In this document: piece by piece, positions 61,257 to 64,000 of the stretch | Layout of the letters: each line of letters opens with the position of its first letter | Numbering within the stretch: position 1 is the stretch's first letter | Source: Trichodelitschia bisporula | Taxonomy: Eukaryota | Reading direction: 5' to 3' | DNA length: 64,000 nt | NCBI GenBank assembly: GCA_010356995.1 | Contig: ML996694.1 | Coordinates: forward strand, 247,224-311,223 | The notes under the pieces: generated by a model | Database searches by the model: none | The model's input: the letters and a program-made list of their open reading frames with translations, nothing else | Told to the model about the DNA's origin: nothing | Translations under genes and position numbers: made by a program

Positions 61257-62515
61257 CTAGGGACCGCCGACGTACACGCGCATGTTGCCCATGAGGTTCT
61301 CCTTCTTGCCGTTGTGCTCCATGAGCGGGTACTTGACGGCGTCGTACCAGGCCTGCGCGGATTGTTAGCCAGTGATCCCCGCGCTCCAGAGCTCTCAAAA
61401 CTCACCTCAGCCGTCATCATTGAATTCTTCGGGACTTCGCCGAAGTTGATGCAAGCACCCGGATCAGAGATGTGAGCCATGCCGCCGTGGGCGTGGCCGC
61501 CGCCAGCCGCCGGCGCAGCACCAGCGCCGCCATGGCCCATACCCTCCATACCCTCCATGCCGCCGGAGCCCTTAGGCGCGTAGCCGGGACGAGCGTTGTA
61601 ATGCATGATGGACCTGCACACCTCCTTGCCAGAGATGAACAGGCGCATGTCGGTACCGCCGTCGTGCATGTGGCCGATGGAGTACAGCAGCTTGCCACCA
61701 ACATTGGCCTTCACCGGCTGGGTGGTGAACTTGTAGACACTGCAGACGAGGTTAGTGGCCTGTTTTCAACATTGTGATAGGAAATAACATACCCCGACTT
61801 GGCAGCTGGCTCGCCGATGGTCAGCCAGTACATGGTGGCAGCCTTGTAGCCCGAGCTCTTGGGCACCCATTCGTAGGTGATCTCCAGGGTCAACGACTTG
61901 GGCTTGGGGTCCTCGGTCATGAGATCGATCATCAACATGTAGTTGGCCGGGAAGTCGATGCCGTAATTGTACTCGGTGTTGAGGCGGAGAGTCGGGCGCT
62001 CGTTACCGCAGGCCCAGATGGAGCCGCCACCGGCACCTTGGCCGAACAGCGCAATATGGTGCAGCCACGCGTTGGAGTCGATGTTGGCTTCCGTCTTATC
62101 GGGGTACCGGATCGTGGCCTGCATGGCCGTCACGAAGCACCCAGCCTTCGGGCAAGGGCCCTTAGCGAGCTTGACCGTCGACAGCATGCGAGAGCTGCTG
62201 ACGCTGAAGGTGCCGTAGGCGATGGCCGAGCGGGTGGCGCCATCCTTGGGCCTGGTTGCTGTGTTAGCTGATGCTCCCCCCCAAAAAAACTCCGTACGGG
62301 AACACTCACTGGGTGGTCTCGAAGCGCGGCAGAATACGCACACCGTTGGCATTCGAGTTAGTGGTGGGCTTCTCGGCGTCGATGGCCTCGGCGGCCTCAG
62401 CGGCGGCGTTGTAGGTGTACTCCTCGACAACCTCACCGACAGCCTGCTCGGCGACCGGGACGGCGTGGGCAGGCAGAGCCGCAAGGAGCGCAGAAAAGAG
62501 CGGAACGAACTTCAT
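61257..62515 (-). CDS. Secreted protein with WLHH/GNER/GHMHDGG motifs (PHM-like copper protein?)
   Basis: Signal peptide MKFVPLFSALLAALPAHA. Three introns (~62309-62253, ~61793-61741, ~61405-61353) join the ORF fragments; the protein ends LMGNMRVYVGGP*. Confidence 0.75.
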
Positions 62516-64000
62516 GGTGTGCTCGCGGCTACTGTATTGTCGAATGAATGTGAGGGTGGTGGTGAAGAGCAAATCCAGGTACGGCGGGCGCGTCCTCAAG
62601 TACTTAACGGCCTGAGAGTGGGCGGGGAAGGGCCTACCGAGATTGATAGCACGATGTCGGCCGTCTCGTGGATCATCTTCGCTAGATTGCAACCGGAGCG
62701 AGGGCGTGCTAACAAGATTCGAAGCGCTCGATATTGCTCCCCGTGAGGGTGATGATGGCTGCTTCTAGCGAGAAGTGTATAGTAAACTTCATTTACCCGT
62801 TGCACCTCGGGGCCACGGGGGGTCGAAAAAGCCCCGCCCAATGGCAGCATCAGCGCCTCGGAGCTTTGGGATATAGATTGCGAAACGTGACCTAAACGAA
62901 ACGTTAGCCAATGAACAGGCGATCAAAATTTAAAGTATGGAGGATAATGCTTGCGCGATGCGGTGGGCCTCAGCGTCCCCTATAGTCTCGTGGTCTGGTC
63001 TATAGCGTCCGGCACACGATAAGAATCGCTTTGGAATACGGCGGGGAGATGCTTGATGCGTCGAGCCCGTCGCCAAGGGCCGATTTGGATATTGACAGAA
63101 GAATCTTTCGGGTTGCCGGTTTGGGAACTGTCCGCAAAGCAGATAGAATAGTGTAGAAGGACGAAGAGATCGGACGCCATCGATGCAATATGCTGGGCTA
63201 TTCACAAAGTAGCCATCCGCATAGCCGCCGTTAGTAGAGTGTTGGCAAGGACATGCGAGTGTCGTTGCCCCGACAATGTCACCGCTTGTCATCTTAGAAC
63301 CGTCATTTGACCCACCTGCGGAGCTATCCCAGAATCAATCGATCGTATTCTGCATGCCCTTGCGACCCCAGGATTTGCGAATCTTCCTGGGGCGCAGATC
63401 TGAACACGCAGAGTTACATGGGGAGGTCGGAATGACGAAGGATGCCGTAGGACAGCCAAGTGGCAAATCCGCCTGGGCAGTCGATAAGAGATTCTTCTAG
63501 ATCTTGTCGAATAGTCGAGTTCGCGGCCTCGATGCTGATCTTCACTCGTTGTCGCCCCTTCTGCAGGTACAGATCTCACATCGGCGTCGTGCAGCGGCTG
63601 CAACTGTGGCAATCGCTAGTGACTGATGCGGATCTTCGCTTTTGCTCCGTTCCGAATAGGTCAAATCGAGCGCCAAGAATCATGAGGGGCAAACTGTCTG
63701 GGGGACAATTAGCCCACCGCGTGGGTCTGGGGTGCAGCAAAGCCGTCACCGCGTCACCTCCTTGATTGAGGAATCAAAGCGCCACTCACATGGGCCCTAG
63801 GGCGTCTCAGGCTTGGGGCTCGGCAGGCGTGAAGCTTAGAGAGAGGCGGAAGCTTATCGTTCTGCTACCAGTAGCGAGCCGCAAAGCGTGGCGCCAAGGT
63901 ACTCCACGCGGGGCTCGGCTACAGTTGTGTCTTGGGATAATTAAGAGATCCAAGAACCCGCTGTCTAAGCGCCATCGGGAAGGAGAGTGGAGGGAGAAAT

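Overview
Gene-dense, GC-rich window from a filamentous ascomycete genome (Pezizomycotina). The evidence is short GT-AG introns with CTRAC/GCTAAC branch sites and the gene content. About 17 protein genes are supportable: a Myb-like protein, CBP3, a Jsn1/Puf1-type RRM+Pumilio protein, VPS72, a GNAT, a CysA/Cys2-type serine O-acyltransferase, a NiCoT nickel transporter, CEM1, a PTH11-like receptor, a secreted tyrosinase, an MFS transporter, a DUF2439 protein, a CLC channel, IAH1, a retropepsin-like unknown protein, UBP12, a BAR-SH3 protein and a secreted His/Met-motif protein. The most unusual signal is a family of related hairpins. Two fill an abnormally long (360 nt) CEM1 intron and two more lie 6 kb away in intergenic DNA, and the copies show compensatory base-pair changes. 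Also notable: a 4-unit diverged ~290 bp tandem array, an ACG-initiated NLS-bearing N-terminal extension of UBP12, a retropepsin-like domain with Asp replaced by Cys, a PHM-like copper-ligand pattern in a secreted protein, and two decayed loci that share a near-identical intron. No tRNA, rRNA, CRISPR array or intact transposase was seen. All assignments come from manual motif recognition; no searches were run.
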